Shown: piece after piece, positions 1 to 8,706 of the stretch | How the letters are laid out: each line of letters starts with the position of its first letter | Position numbering within the stretch: the stretch's first letter is position 1 | IMG/VR virus record: IMGVR_UViG_3300027973_000047 | Length of the DNA: 64,000 bases | From: an uncultured virus (IMG/VR IMGVR_UViG_3300027973_000047) | Taxonomy: Duplodnaviria; Heunggongvirae; Uroviricota; Caudoviricetes | Reading direction: 5' to 3' (one strand) | The notes under the pieces: model-generated | Database searches by the model: none | Told to the model about the DNA's origin: nothing | Seen by the model: the letters and a program-made list of their open reading frames with translations, nothing else | Made by a program: the position numbers and the translations under genes

Positions 1-342
1 TTCGTACAACTGCTGTTCTCGCGTGTAGTTCTTATCGGTTACATAAGAATACGAATCGCCAGAGGTGGCATCGGTGCCAGTCATTGTGTATGGCCCAATG
101 CCTTGCTTGCCTAGAACCGCACATTGGGTTCGGCTTGCCAATGAACCTAGGGTTACTTTTGCTGCCGCAGTTGACTCAAAAACAGGCGACAATGCTTGGG
201 CCGGGGTAGCCATAGGCACAAACATTGATATCAAAAAAGCTGGAGCTAATATCCAAGCCCCTTTACGAAAGCGTATGCGACTACCACGATCATTAATCTT
301 AATTTTTTTCAAAGCTAAGCTAAGCTTGTTAATAATACTCAA
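1..342 (-). CDS. Secreted/exported protein, N-terminal part (runs off the window)
   Basis: Not in the ORF track. TTG start at 342 with AAGGGG SD, open to position 1: MSIINKLSLALKKIKINDRGSRIRFRKGAWILAPAFLISMFVPMATPAQA|LSPV... Basic N-region, hydrophobic stretch and AQA cleavage site suggest a signal peptide. Confidence 0.7.
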   Translation of the reverse strand, partial: MSIINKLSLALKKIKINDRGSRIRFRKGAWILAPAFLISMFVPMATPAQALSPVFESTAAAKVTLGSLASRTQCAVLGKQGIGPYTMTGTDATSGDSYSYVTDKNYTREQQLYE

Positions 343-419
343 CTGATTACCCCTTCAGCTAGATATCATAAATAGTAAAGCTGGATTAGCTTAGGATAAC
401 TTTACATGAATGTTTAATT

Positions 420-1328
420 ATGCTACTATTGTGTACTGCTCCAGCAATAAAAATGCAAAGGGAAAACACTATGTATGACGAGTCGTTTAGAAAAAATCCA
501 AATATAGAACAACTGGCGCCAAAACTTTTTATTTATAGAAATTTTATAAAAGGTGATTTATTAAATAAAATAAATTCTATTTTAAAACCGCATATAAATA
601 GTCCAAAAATTTCTCATAATGTTGATTGGTATGAGAATAGAATGACAACTTTTATTCCTGAAATACATGAAGTTTGGGAGCTTGCCAGTGAATTAATTTA
701 CCCAGAGCTGTCAATGCATCCGCAGCTCTGTTTGATAAGAGCAAAAGTTGGCGATTCAGGAATGTATCATCATGCAGATGCGCCAGGTAAACCACATGAA
801 GATTGTGGGCCGACTTGTGGAACATGTGATATAGCGTCAAGTGTTTTAATATCTCCTGACAGATGGCAAACTTGCTGTAGATTGCATTATGGTCTTATTG
901 TTTATTTTGGTGATTTTGAAGGTGGAGAAGTCTATTATCCAAATTTTAATAAAAACGCAGAATTTATAGGAAACTTTAGTTCCCTTGAAAAAGGTGAGGA
1001 ACTACGTGTTAAACCAGGAAATGGTGATCTCATAATTCATGGTGCACATAGCGATTACTGCCATGGGACAAAGGAAATTACAAGTGGTATGCGCTTTTCT
1101 TTTTCTAATTTTGTCATTCCATCACATACTAATCCTGGAACATTTTACAACTATAAAACAAAAGAATATTATGATCAAATAAAGCACATAAAAGAAAGCC
1201 CAAAAGACATATGGTCAACTTGGTGTGATGCTGTTAACGGTTTTACTTGGGAAGAACCGCCAGCTGTAGTAGAAGATAAAAAAAATGGTATATCTGGAGT
1301 AAGATATAGAGATCTAGATCTAGATTAA
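420..1328 (+). CDS. 2OG-Fe(II) oxygenase (prolyl-4-hydroxylase-like) with Cys-rich insertion
   Basis: HAD...FEGGEVYYP...HGTKEITSGMRFSF gives the HxD/H/R pattern. True start may be the downstream Met (MYDES). Confidence 0.85.
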   Translation: MLLLCTAPAIKMQRENTMYDESFRKNPNIEQLAPKLFIYRNFIKGDLLNKINSILKPHINSPKISHNVDWYENRMTTFIPEIHEVWELASELIYPELSMHPQLCLIRAKVGDSGMYHHADAPGKPHEDCGPTCGTCDIASSVLISPDRWQTCCRLHYGLIVYFGDFEGGEVYYPNFNKNAEFIGNFSSLEKGEELRVKPGNGDLIIHGAHSDYCHGTKEITSGMRFSFSNFVIPSHTNPGTFYNYKTKEYYDQIKHIKESPKDIWSTWCDAVNGFTWEEPPAVVEDKKNGISGVRYRDLDLD

Positions 1329-1340
1329 AGGTTTAAGTTA

Positions 1341-2135
1341 ATGAGATTACATTGGATGCATGTTCATGGTGATTCTGACCTAGATGGCCTAACGCGTATT
1401 TCGGAAACAGTAAACTCGTGTAACTATCATTCGATCCTTCTTGTTTATCATTCAACTGCGGATGATTATTGGATTAAATGCGCAAATATAATAAATAAAG
1501 AACATAAATTTAAATATCATATTGCAATAAGAACCTATTCTATTAGTCCAGAATATTTTGTTATGATGTATAAGTCATTTAATGAAATTCAAAAAAATAG
1601 AATAATGTTTAACATCGTAGCTGGTGATCTTCAAGATCATGAATCATCTATAGATAATATTACTTTTGGTAAAGAAAACTTTGACACCTCTGAAAAAAGA
1701 GTAGAATATACACGCATGTGGATAAAAAAAGTTTTACAGTTAATTAAAAAAGAATACATAGATGTTCCTGAGATTGTTATGTCGGGAACATCAGAAAAAA
1801 CTCTTGATTCAGCCGCTGAATTTGCTGACTACACTCTTTGCATGTCAGATTCCTATGTTTTTAATCCGGAATTTTTCCAAAGAAATAAAAAAAGAATGGT
1901 ATCTGCTGCTCTAATAATAAGAGACACCTATGAGGAAGCAGAACGTATTGTAAATGAAATTGACCATAAGCATCAGAAGGAGTGGACGATTTTTGGAACA
2001 GAACGACAAGTTATAAAAAAAATAAAATACCTAGAAAGTATTGGGGTAACAGATCTAATGATACGAACTCATAGAAATGATGACCAATACAATCTAATAC
2101 ATGACTTAGTAAAAAAGAACCAGGGAGTGATTTAA
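1341..2135 (+). CDS. LLM-class (luciferase-like) flavin-dependent monooxygenase
   Basis: KFKYHIAIRTYSISPEY, RIMFNIVAGD, PEIVMSGTS...AAEFAD and IFGTERQV...GVTDLMI follow the SsuD/LLM pattern. Confidence 0.75.
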   Translation: MRLHWMHVHGDSDLDGLTRISETVNSCNYHSILLVYHSTADDYWIKCANIINKEHKFKYHIAIRTYSISPEYFVMMYKSFNEIQKNRIMFNIVAGDLQDHESSIDNITFGKENFDTSEKRVEYTRMWIKKVLQLIKKEYIDVPEIVMSGTSEKTLDSAAEFADYTLCMSDSYVFNPEFFQRNKKRMVSAALIIRDTYEEAERIVNEIDHKHQKEWTIFGTERQVIKKIKYLESIGVTDLMIRTHRNDDQYNLIHDLVKKNQGVI

Positions 2136-2139
2136 CAAA

Positions 2140-2796
2140 ATGAAAAAAATATATTTAATTGGAGACTGTCATTTATCTAGAGTTTCTGAACATTATGAAG
2201 AAAATAACAATAAAATTGATATGGTATTCTGGGCTAAAGCCGCTAAGAAAATTTGGGACTTAGATTTTAAAACAATGTACGACGAAGGTGAACTATCTTC
2301 AGGAAAAGAAGAACAAAGATTCCATGAAGACGGTGTGATTCCTTTTTCAGATATAAAAGATGATGGTATAATTTTTTCTTGGTTTGGATATGTAGATATA
2401 AGAACATTCTTATCAAGATATATTAATGCGGACTCGGTGGCTCAAAAATATATAAAACAACTTACAAGTACATTTAAAAATTCTGAAATAGTGATAATAG
2501 AACCGCTTCCTCAATTTACCGAAATGTTATTAAAATATGAAGGCATCAGCCCTCACTATACCTACGAGCAGAGACTATATCAAAATCATGATTTTCTAGA
2601 GTCTTTACATTTTTATGCAGAAGAAGCAGGGATAAAAAATTTCATTCTTCAATCAGAAATACTTGATTGTTTAGGTGTAACAGAGCTAACCCCTAGCATG
2701 ACTCATACTAAAGCTCCACATCCGGTAGATGGTCTAAAGGATGAATATAATAAAAAAATATTGGATCTATTTACCCAGAAAGCATTAGCGTTCTAA
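2140..2796 (+). CDS. SGNH/GDSL-like hypothetical protein
   Basis: N-terminal IYLIGDCH (GDS-like block with Ser replaced by Cys), FGYVDIR block, C-terminal HPVDG. Confidence 0.45.
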   Translation: MKKIYLIGDCHLSRVSEHYEENNNKIDMVFWAKAAKKIWDLDFKTMYDEGELSSGKEEQRFHEDGVIPFSDIKDDGIIFSWFGYVDIRTFLSRYINADSVAQKYIKQLTSTFKNSEIVIIEPLPQFTEMLLKYEGISPHYTYEQRLYQNHDFLESLHFYAEEAGIKNFILQSEILDCLGVTELTPSMTHTKAPHPVDGLKDEYNKKILDLFTQKALAF

Positions 2797-2817
2797 ATAA
2801 TAAGGGTAGTTTTTTAA

Positions 2818-3360
2818 ATGATTAAATTAAGCAAAGATATTCTTTTGTTTACAAATCTTTTTGAAGATTTAAATAAAATATTTATAGACTTACAAAAGTC
2901 TAACTGGCAAATATGGGGCAGAAACAACAATGACCCTAATTCCAGAATTGGCGAATTGGCCTACGTCAGTAATGATAATTACTTATCTGAGCAGATAAAA
3001 TCTGCCACTCGACAATGCCTAGATGAATATATGAAAGAATTCAATATCGATAACACTCTATATTATTATAACACTGATGGGATTTACGTAAGGAAATGGG
3101 ATTTTCCCATGAGTGGAATGAGTGTTCATAGAGATTATACTTATGATGATAAAGGAAATGCACAATCGGTTAAATATACCCTATGCGGATATCTTAACGA
3201 CGATTACGAAGGTGGGTTAATAGAATTTCCAGAGCATGGCATATCCCTTAAACCTCCAGCTGGATCTGCAATAATATTTCCTTCACAAGAGCTACACCTT
3301 GTGACAGATCTAGTAAATAAACATAGGTACATGTGGTCTTCTTTTGTTTATTGTAGGTAA
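2818..3360 (+). CDS. 2OG-Fe(II) oxygenase
   Basis: HRD...YLNDDYEGGLIEFP...KPPAGSAIIFPS...HLV...RY. Confidence 0.9.
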   Translation: MIKLSKDILLFTNLFEDLNKIFIDLQKSNWQIWGRNNNDPNSRIGELAYVSNDNYLSEQIKSATRQCLDEYMKEFNIDNTLYYYNTDGIYVRKWDFPMSGMSVHRDYTYDDKGNAQSVKYTLCGYLNDDYEGGLIEFPEHGISLKPPAGSAIIFPSQELHLVTDLVNKHRYMWSSFVYCR

Positions 3361-3384
3361 ATACTTTAATTTGTTTATGTAAAC

Positions 3385-3420
3385 AAAAATCCCCCAACAC
3401 ATTTCTGTGCTGGGGGATTA
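3385..3420 (-). terminator. Intrinsic terminator between convergent units
   Basis: Minus strand AATCCCCCAGCACA-GAAA-TGTGTTGGGGGATT followed by TTT. Confidence 0.8.
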
Positions 3421-3440
3421 GAGCATCTGACTTCGTGATG

Positions 3441-4181
3441 CTAGTATAGCATACTCTGAACAAATTTTGGGTAGGTTTGATCTATTTCATAATATTTTAA
3501 TGGGAACCTATCGAATGGATCTATCCCATTATTTATTCGATATAAAATAGCTTCATCATTTTTATATTCAGTGATATCGTATTCAGTATGGGCAAATGAT
3601 TCTATCTTGTTTTTAATCTTTTCCGTTTCACCAAAAAAGGAAAAGTGCCAACCAGCATCAGGTATCGTCTGCCAGTTTCCAGCTCTTAACTCTTGACACG
3701 AGTGATTCTCTAGATCTTTAAATCTTGCGACGATTGGTCTAGCACCTTGATTACAATGCTGAGGGACTTGCCAGTTATAATTCCAAAAATACTGCTTAAC
3801 ATCTAACCTAGCTGGCTTTTCAATTACTTTTAATTGGCTAACTATATTTGAATTGACTATTTCATCCGCGTCAGAAATAATTATAATATCTTCTGGTTCG
3901 GCTAAGCTAAGGCCTGAGATTATTGCGTTACGCTGATAGTATTCTTTTAGCCAACTGGTATTTACATCCTGAGGAAAGTTTACTTTAACTCTAATAATTT
4001 TTTCTTTCCATCTGTCTATCCAGCTTGGAATATTATCAAAGTAAAATGGTTTGGAGCTACCTGTAAATGTTTCTGATGCTTCTACGACTACAAAGTAGTC
4101 AACTAGATCGCCAAGTTCCTCTAACCTTATGCGAAGAATATCAACTTCATTAAAGTAAGTAAAGCAATCAAATATTTTCAT
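3441..4181 (-). CDS. GT17-family beta-1,4-N-acetylglucosaminyltransferase-like protein
   Basis: KIFDCFTYFNEVDILRIRLEEL..VDYFVVVEASETFTG, EYYQRNAI, IISDADEI, GWHFSFF, KIESFAH. Confidence 0.85.
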   Translation of the reverse strand: MKIFDCFTYFNEVDILRIRLEELGDLVDYFVVVEASETFTGSSKPFYFDNIPSWIDRWKEKIIRVKVNFPQDVNTSWLKEYYQRNAIISGLSLAEPEDIIIISDADEIVNSNIVSQLKVIEKPARLDVKQYFWNYNWQVPQHCNQGARPIVARFKDLENHSCQELRAGNWQTIPDAGWHFSFFGETEKIKNKIESFAHTEYDITEYKNDEAILYRINNGIDPFDRFPLKYYEIDQTYPKFVQSMLY

Positions 4182-4614
4182 ATACCCTAACATCTTCTCT
4201 CTTGAAGAGAGAATATCTTTTTACTTCTTTTTCTAAATCAGGTCTTGCTAAAAGAAAATCAGATAATTTTTCTGCCCAACCATCATGATTGACTATAAAA
4301 ACAATACCACCAGGAAGCATCGTACACTTTATTTGCTCTGCTATTTGTGAAAGCAAACTCTTATCGTAGATAGGATTATAGTTAATTGATACAAACAAAT
4401 CTGCGCTTGCTCCAAAGTAAGTGCCGACTTTACCCAAATCCCAATAGTAATTCTCTTCTGTTGAATAATGTTCAGAGTGCATTCTGAATGCACCTATGCC
4501 ATGTAATGGAGTATGCATTTCATCAAAAAGAGATTTTGTTCTATCGTAGAGGATTGTAAACTTTCTTTCAGGAAAGACATCTCTAATTATATGACAGATG
4601 AAATTGTTGTTCAA
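4168..4614 (-). CDS. Hypothetical protein (possible degenerate methyltransferase fold)
   Basis: Overlaps both neighbours; contains ADLFVSI and MLPGGIVFI. Confidence 0.6.
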   Translation of the reverse strand: MNNNFICHIIRDVFPERKFTILYDRTKSLFDEMHTPLHGIGAFRMHSEHYSTEENYYWDLGKVGTYFGASADLFVSINYNPIYDKSLLSQIAEQIKCTMLPGGIVFIVNHDGWAEKLSDFLLARPDLEKEVKRYSLFKREDVRVYENI

Positions 4615-5153
4615 TTTTTTATAGGCTTAAGAGCGTCAACCTTAAGCCAGCCCCATTCATCTCCACGCTTTACATCCAATATTTCAAAACCCATTCTTTC
4701 AAAATCATCTTGAAGCATTCTGTGTGTCAAACCTACAAAGTGAAAATCAAAAGGATTTAGTTGTTCTGCAAAAAAAATCTGTTGCATTCTTCTATCGCCA
4801 TCAAGAGAGTCCATTCCAAGTATTTGATTACATGCCAATAAGAAGTCTGGAACTTCAATTCTAATCATCCCACCAGGCTTAACTATTCTGCACCATTCCG
4901 CTAGAACAGCTTGATACTCCTTCCAGGGAAAGTGCTCAAGGCACTCCGAGTTATAGACAATGTCTGCATAGTTATCTGGAAGATCAATCTTACGGGCATC
5001 GCAAACTACATCTACTGGAACCAATCTTTGATTAACATGGTCATAAAGTGGTGTTGGATCTATATCAATGTGCGTCCAATCTGGGCCAAGATATGTTCTA
5101 GTACCAATTACAACTTTTATGCCTGTACCCTTAGGTATTGTCTCTAGTCTCAT
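4611..5153 (-). CDS. Class I SAM-dependent methyltransferase (type 11-like)
   Basis: WTHIDID, VCDARKIDLPDNYADIVYNSECLEHF, EWCRIVKPGG. Confidence 0.85.
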   Translation of the reverse strand: MRLETIPKGTGIKVVIGTRTYLGPDWTHIDIDPTPLYDHVNQRLVPVDVVCDARKIDLPDNYADIVYNSECLEHFPWKEYQAVLAEWCRIVKPGGMIRIEVPDFLLACNQILGMDSLDGDRRMQQIFFAEQLNPFDFHFVGLTHRMLQDDFERMGFEILDVKRGDEWGWLKVDALKPIKN

Positions 5154-6011
5154 TTAGATTATTCTTCCTTTATAAAAATCTTTATATCTTGGGACCTTTA
5201 TTAGGTCATATTCTCTACCCTCTAAGACTACTACTTCTGGATTAGAGTTAAGTTCAGGCATTCTTATCTTCCAATACTCCTCTAAGTATAGAGCGTTGCA
5301 TGGCCAATCTTCAAATCTTAAAACATTGGTACTGTGATAACCCATACCCTTACCACAGAAATAAGGAACCCACTTATTCATCCACTCAACAACACCTCGT
5401 CCTATTCTAGCATGTGCCTCAGGATCAGTTGTTTGCTTGGCCTGATGTTGAACAGCTACTTCTTTGGCAACGCCCATTTTCCAACCAGCAAGACGAAGTC
5501 TAGTTTGATAATCAACTTCATTCTGATGACCTATTTCTTGGTCGAAGTAACCTACATCAGCCATAGCTAACTTTTTTAACATCCAGAAACAACCAGTTCC
5601 CCATAAACATTCTGTATATTTATCTCTTTTAATTTCATAAGAGTTATATCCACCACTAAAGACAATACCAAGTTCAAGGTTTCTTGCAAGGTAGCCCCAC
5701 ATAATCTCATCCCAACCTCTGGTGTGTACGGTAGCATCATTGTCCGAGTATGCAACATACTCTGTTTCAGCCCATTCTAATATCTTATTAACTGCACCGG
5801 AGTACTTTATATTTACATCTAAATGCATTGGTATAATTCTAGAGTCTCTTGCTGCGTATTGATCTAACAGCTGTCTAACTCTTGGATCCTCTGAAGCATT
5901 GTTAACAAGAAGAAGTCTCCACTCTGTGGTGGAATTTTGTACAATGTTTTCTACTGCCGCTTGAATTCCTTCAGGGTTATTGTAACAGGATATCCCAATG
6001 TCTAATCTCAT
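5154..6011 (-). CDS. GT2-family glycosyltransferase
   Basis: IGISCYN, LLVNNASED, VAYSDND (DxD), GCFWML, VGYFD, EVDYQTRL. Confidence 0.85.
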   Translation of the reverse strand: MRLDIGISCYNNPEGIQAAVENIVQNSTTEWRLLLVNNASEDPRVRQLLDQYAARDSRIIPMHLDVNIKYSGAVNKILEWAETEYVAYSDNDATVHTRGWDEIMWGYLARNLELGIVFSGGYNSYEIKRDKYTECLWGTGCFWMLKKLAMADVGYFDQEIGHQNEVDYQTRLRLAGWKMGVAKEVAVQHQAKQTTDPEAHARIGRGVVEWMNKWVPYFCGKGMGYHSTNVLRFEDWPCNALYLEEYWKIRMPELNSNPEVVVLEGREYDLIKVPRYKDFYKGRII

Positions 6012-6754
6012 GGCTTAATCCACCATGAATTATTTTCATGTCTGACAAATCCTATCTCGATTAGCAACGGATCCCAATCCCATTCAAATCGATTATTGAT
6101 TGCAAGATGCATAGGGATAGAATTTCCATGCTCTAGATCGCCAATACCAAATGCGTTATTCGGTATGAAGACACCGGTGTTTCTTAGGCAGGCGAAAACT
6201 GCACGTGCCCAATCCTCAACGTTAACAACATGCTCGAGAAAGTCTAAAGCAACAACAGCATCGAAGCAATCGCTACCTAGTTTGGGTTCAAAGTTATCTG
6301 TAAAAAGAGTTTCTATATTATAATTCCTATACGTTTCACCCCTTTTAAATCTGAACTGTGCAAAACCTGCAGTCTTGCTATTTTTCAAATCATGATACGT
6401 TGGGTTCAAACCCTCTTCCGCCATCCTAATACAAAGGCTACCAATTCCATCTCCAAGACTAAGAACATCTTTCTTGCCGGAATTCACAAGGCCCAAAGAT
6501 ATACCTTCACACATGCCAGAATAATTAAACCCAGGATCAAGATGGTAGGCCGAGAGCTCCCAAATATAAGAGTCTGTGTTCCTATACCAAGATAATAAAG
6601 AATCAGGGTTATTGACATCTGTATTTGCGTCATTAAAATCTTTTGCTACTTCATGATGATTGAAGTGGAATCCTTTCTCCAATCTCTGTCTAGTGTAGTC
6701 TTCTGATACCTTTAAAAATTCTGCTATGTCTTTTGTTTGAGTGTCGATTTGCAT
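6008..6754 (-). CDS. Class I SAM-dependent methyltransferase
   Basis: VLSLGDGIG (motif I), FDAVVALDFLEHV. Confidence 0.85.
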   Translation of the reverse strand: MQIDTQTKDIAEFLKVSEDYTRQRLEKGFHFNHHEVAKDFNDANTDVNNPDSLLSWYRNTDSYIWELSAYHLDPGFNYSGMCEGISLGLVNSGKKDVLSLGDGIGSLCIRMAEEGLNPTYHDLKNSKTAGFAQFRFKRGETYRNYNIETLFTDNFEPKLGSDCFDAVVALDFLEHVVNVEDWARAVFACLRNTGVFIPNNAFGIGDLEHGNSIPMHLAINNRFEWDWDPLLIEIGFVRHENNSWWIKP

Positions 6755-6760
6755 TCAAAA

Positions 6761-6769
6761 AGTATAGCA
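6761..6769 (-). promoter_or_regulatory. Extended -10 promoter, leaderless start
   Basis: TGCTATACT 6 nt upstream of the ATG at 6754, with no room for an SD. Confidence 0.6.
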
Positions 6770-6773
6770 CACA

Positions 6774-7565
6774 TCAACCAAATTTAGTAGTGATTATGTT
6801 ACCTTCTACCTGATCATCTGGTGGCATTTCTTTTCTTACTAACATTCTTTGCACCCATCTGTCGGTGCCATCATACCTTGCTTGAAATGGTTTGCGACCA
6901 TGAATAGCAGTAGAGTTATCTATGACTAATAGATCTCCAGTTTTTAAAACAATTTCTCTAGTACATTTTTTAATAGCATAATTCAGTTCTGCTAAGGCCA
7001 TATTAGCGTACTCATTTATCCCGCGCATGAAAAAGTTGTCATATGTGATCGTCATCTTCTCGTCGACTTCAGAAAGGATCGGTATGATAAATTCTTTTTG
7101 TGGCTCACCTTGAGTCCTAAAACTATCATCAACTGCAGTTCTATACCAAGGTTGCTTTAATGATTTCACAACTTCATTAGAAAGTGATTCGATAATTTCG
7201 TTAACACTGGCGTAAGTAGTTGCAGCCTTATCATCACCCCTTAGACAGAGAAGTAATATATAATCTGGTTTATAGGGATGAAATGCGCTCTCTGTATGCA
7301 GTGCCAATTCTACCTTAGAGGAAGTAGATATTTGCTGTGCTTCTGTTTTGTGAACAGGAAGAATGTTTTGAATGAGCTGCCCGTTTTGTTCTTGAGCATA
7401 AGAAACAGGATAACCTAGTTGATGTGCGTAGTGTAATAAAGTTCTTGAAGATTCTTTTGAAGACTGCTCTTTAATCGAAGAAGCGAAAGGAGTAGCTGGA
7501 GTCTTGGGAACAAATCCAATTCCAACACCACCGTGCAGAAATATTCCTTTATCTCTAAGCATCAC
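6774..7565 (-). CDS. TauD/clavaminate-synthase-like 2OG dioxygenase (AsnO/VioC-like)
   Basis: ELALHTESAFHPYKPDYILLLCLR (HxE), GDLLVIDNSTAIHGRKPF..RYDGTDRWVQR. Confidence 0.9.
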   Translation of the reverse strand: MMLRDKGIFLHGGVGIGFVPKTPATPFASSIKEQSSKESSRTLLHYAHQLGYPVSYAQEQNGQLIQNILPVHKTEAQQISTSSKVELALHTESAFHPYKPDYILLLCLRGDDKAATTYASVNEIIESLSNEVVKSLKQPWYRTAVDDSFRTQGEPQKEFIIPILSEVDEKMTITYDNFFMRGINEYANMALAELNYAIKKCTREIVLKTGDLLVIDNSTAIHGRKPFQARYDGTDRWVQRMLVRKEMPPDDQVEGNIITTKFG

Positions 7566-7770
7566 CCAGCACCTTGTGTAAAAGAAAGTAAAGTCTTACT
7601 AAATCTTTTTGAGAAATACTAAAAACAAAATCTTTATTCTCTCTAGTATTTACGGTAAAAGAATGGGCGTGGATTAGTTCACCTTCAGTGTTAATCATTT
7701 CCATAACTTGAGAAACATTAACCTGCTTTATCATCGGCATGTAGCCGCTATAGCTTTGTTCTTCAGTCAT
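7555..7770 (-). CDS. Hypothetical protein
   Basis: ORF preceded by a promoter and overlapping the next gene. Confidence 0.6.
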   Translation of the reverse strand: MTEEQSYSGYMPMIKQVNVSQVMEMINTEGELIHAHSFTVNTRENKDFVFSISQKDLVRLYFLLHKVLGDA

Positions 7771-7777
7771 GCTACAA

Positions 7778-7786
7778 ATTATAGCA
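7778..7786 (-). promoter_or_regulatory. Extended -10 promoter, leaderless start
   Basis: TGCTATAAT 7 nt upstream of the ATG at 7770. Confidence 0.65.
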
Positions 7787-7802
7787 TATGTTGGTGTTGG
7801 TG

Positions 7803-7967
7803 TTACTTTTTCTTTTTAGCAGCTCTCATATTATCTATTAAATTAGGATATGGTCGACCTGCTGCTTTTGCCATTGCTTTTGCGGAAGCTTTTTTCTTAG
7901 GCGAAAGCTTCTTTGGCTTCTTGCTTGGACTAGGGGTATTCCAAACCGCTACTTTTTTTGCCGCCAT
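7803..7967 (-). CDS. Small Lys-rich protein (54 aa)
   Basis: Below the ORF-track cutoff: MAAKKVAVWNTPSPSKKPKKLSPKKKASAKAMAKAAGRPYPNLIDNMRAAKKKK. TAATG coupling with the upstream ORF. Confidence 0.75.
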   Translation of the reverse strand: MAAKKVAVWNTPSPSKKPKKLSPKKKASAKAMAKAAGRPYPNLIDNMRAAKKKK

Positions 7968-8134
7968 TATTTTACTAATCCTATAATTAAAACCATTTGA
8001 ATCAAATGAAGGGAAACGTATCCAAGGTGAATAGCAATATCTTTGTTAAAAGAATTTTTCTTATTTACACCTAAACAATATGTGCATGCGCCATCCAAAT
8101 CATGGCAGTCTTCACAACAGTATTTGTTAATCAT
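7967..8134 (-). CDS. Small Cys-rich protein with C-terminal hydrophobic helix (55 aa)
   Basis: MINKYCCEDCHDLDGACTYCLG...LHLIQMVLIIGLVK; stop overlaps the next ATG. Confidence 0.6.
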   Translation of the reverse strand: MINKYCCEDCHDLDGACTYCLGVNKKNSFNKDIAIHLGYVSLHLIQMVLIIGLVK

Positions 8135-8141
8135 ATTGAAC

Positions 8142-8345
8142 CTATTTCTTCTTGCTTATTTTTCTGAGTGTCTTAGCAAGTGAAGCCTGCTTACGAGTAA
8201 GTGGGCTGTACTTACCTGGGTTCTTTGATACGGCAGCTGCCATACCTGCTACAGATTTGCCCGCCTTCTTAGCCTTAGCTGTGAAAGCTCCCGGTCTTTT
8301 AATTGCTCCAGCAATCCAGTTCTTATCTGATTTTTTACTTGCCAT
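8142..8345 (-). CDS. Small Lys-rich protein
   Basis: NWIAGAIKRPGAFTAKAKKAG...RKQASLAKTLRK; GGAG SD. Confidence 0.75.
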   Translation of the reverse strand: MASKKSDKNWIAGAIKRPGAFTAKAKKAGKSVAGMAAAVSKNPGKYSPLTRKQASLAKTLRKISKKK

Positions 8346-8706
8346 CTTTAACTTTTTCTCCTGTTTTAAATCTTACATCATCTATATCAAATCCACCTAA
8401 TGCGTGATCCCTAATGTGAGTATCAAGCTTACTCTCTATTCTATCAACAGAATCATTTGTTTTGTCAATTGAGCGGCCAAGACTTTTTCCTAACTGTTGG
8501 ATCATTGATACAACAGTTGCATGGTCTGCTTTGTTCTGCACCCATTCAGCCTTGGCTTCTTCGCCGCGCTTTTTCCCAGCCTTATATACAAATTGTAAAT
8601 ATGCTACTGCGATAAGACTACATGCTGTAATTAAAGCTACAATAATATTTTGCCAGTTAGTCATATCAGCTGCTGGTGTGATGAGAGTTTCAGATGCAAA
8701 AATCAC
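8335..8706 (-). CDS. Membrane protein next to the endolysin (holin/lysis accessory-like)
   Basis: One N-terminal TM helix plus coiled coil (VDRIESKLDTHIRDH); coupled to the endolysin stop. Confidence 0.6.
   Translation of the reverse strand: MIFASETLITPAADMTNWQNIIVALITACSLIAVAYLQFVYKAGKKRGEEAKAEWVQNKADHATVVSMIQQLGKSLGRSIDKTNDSVDRIESKLDTHIRDHALGGFDIDDVRFKTGEKVKDGK

Noticed and set aside
65..346. Plus-strand 93-aa ORF
   Set aside because: Shadow of the minus-strand signal-peptide gene at 1..342.
7708..7986. Plus-strand hydrophobic 92-aa ORF and similar antisense ORFs across the window
   Set aside because: Reverse complements of real minus-strand genes (Lys-rich genes give Phe/Leu-rich shadows); no supporting signals seen.
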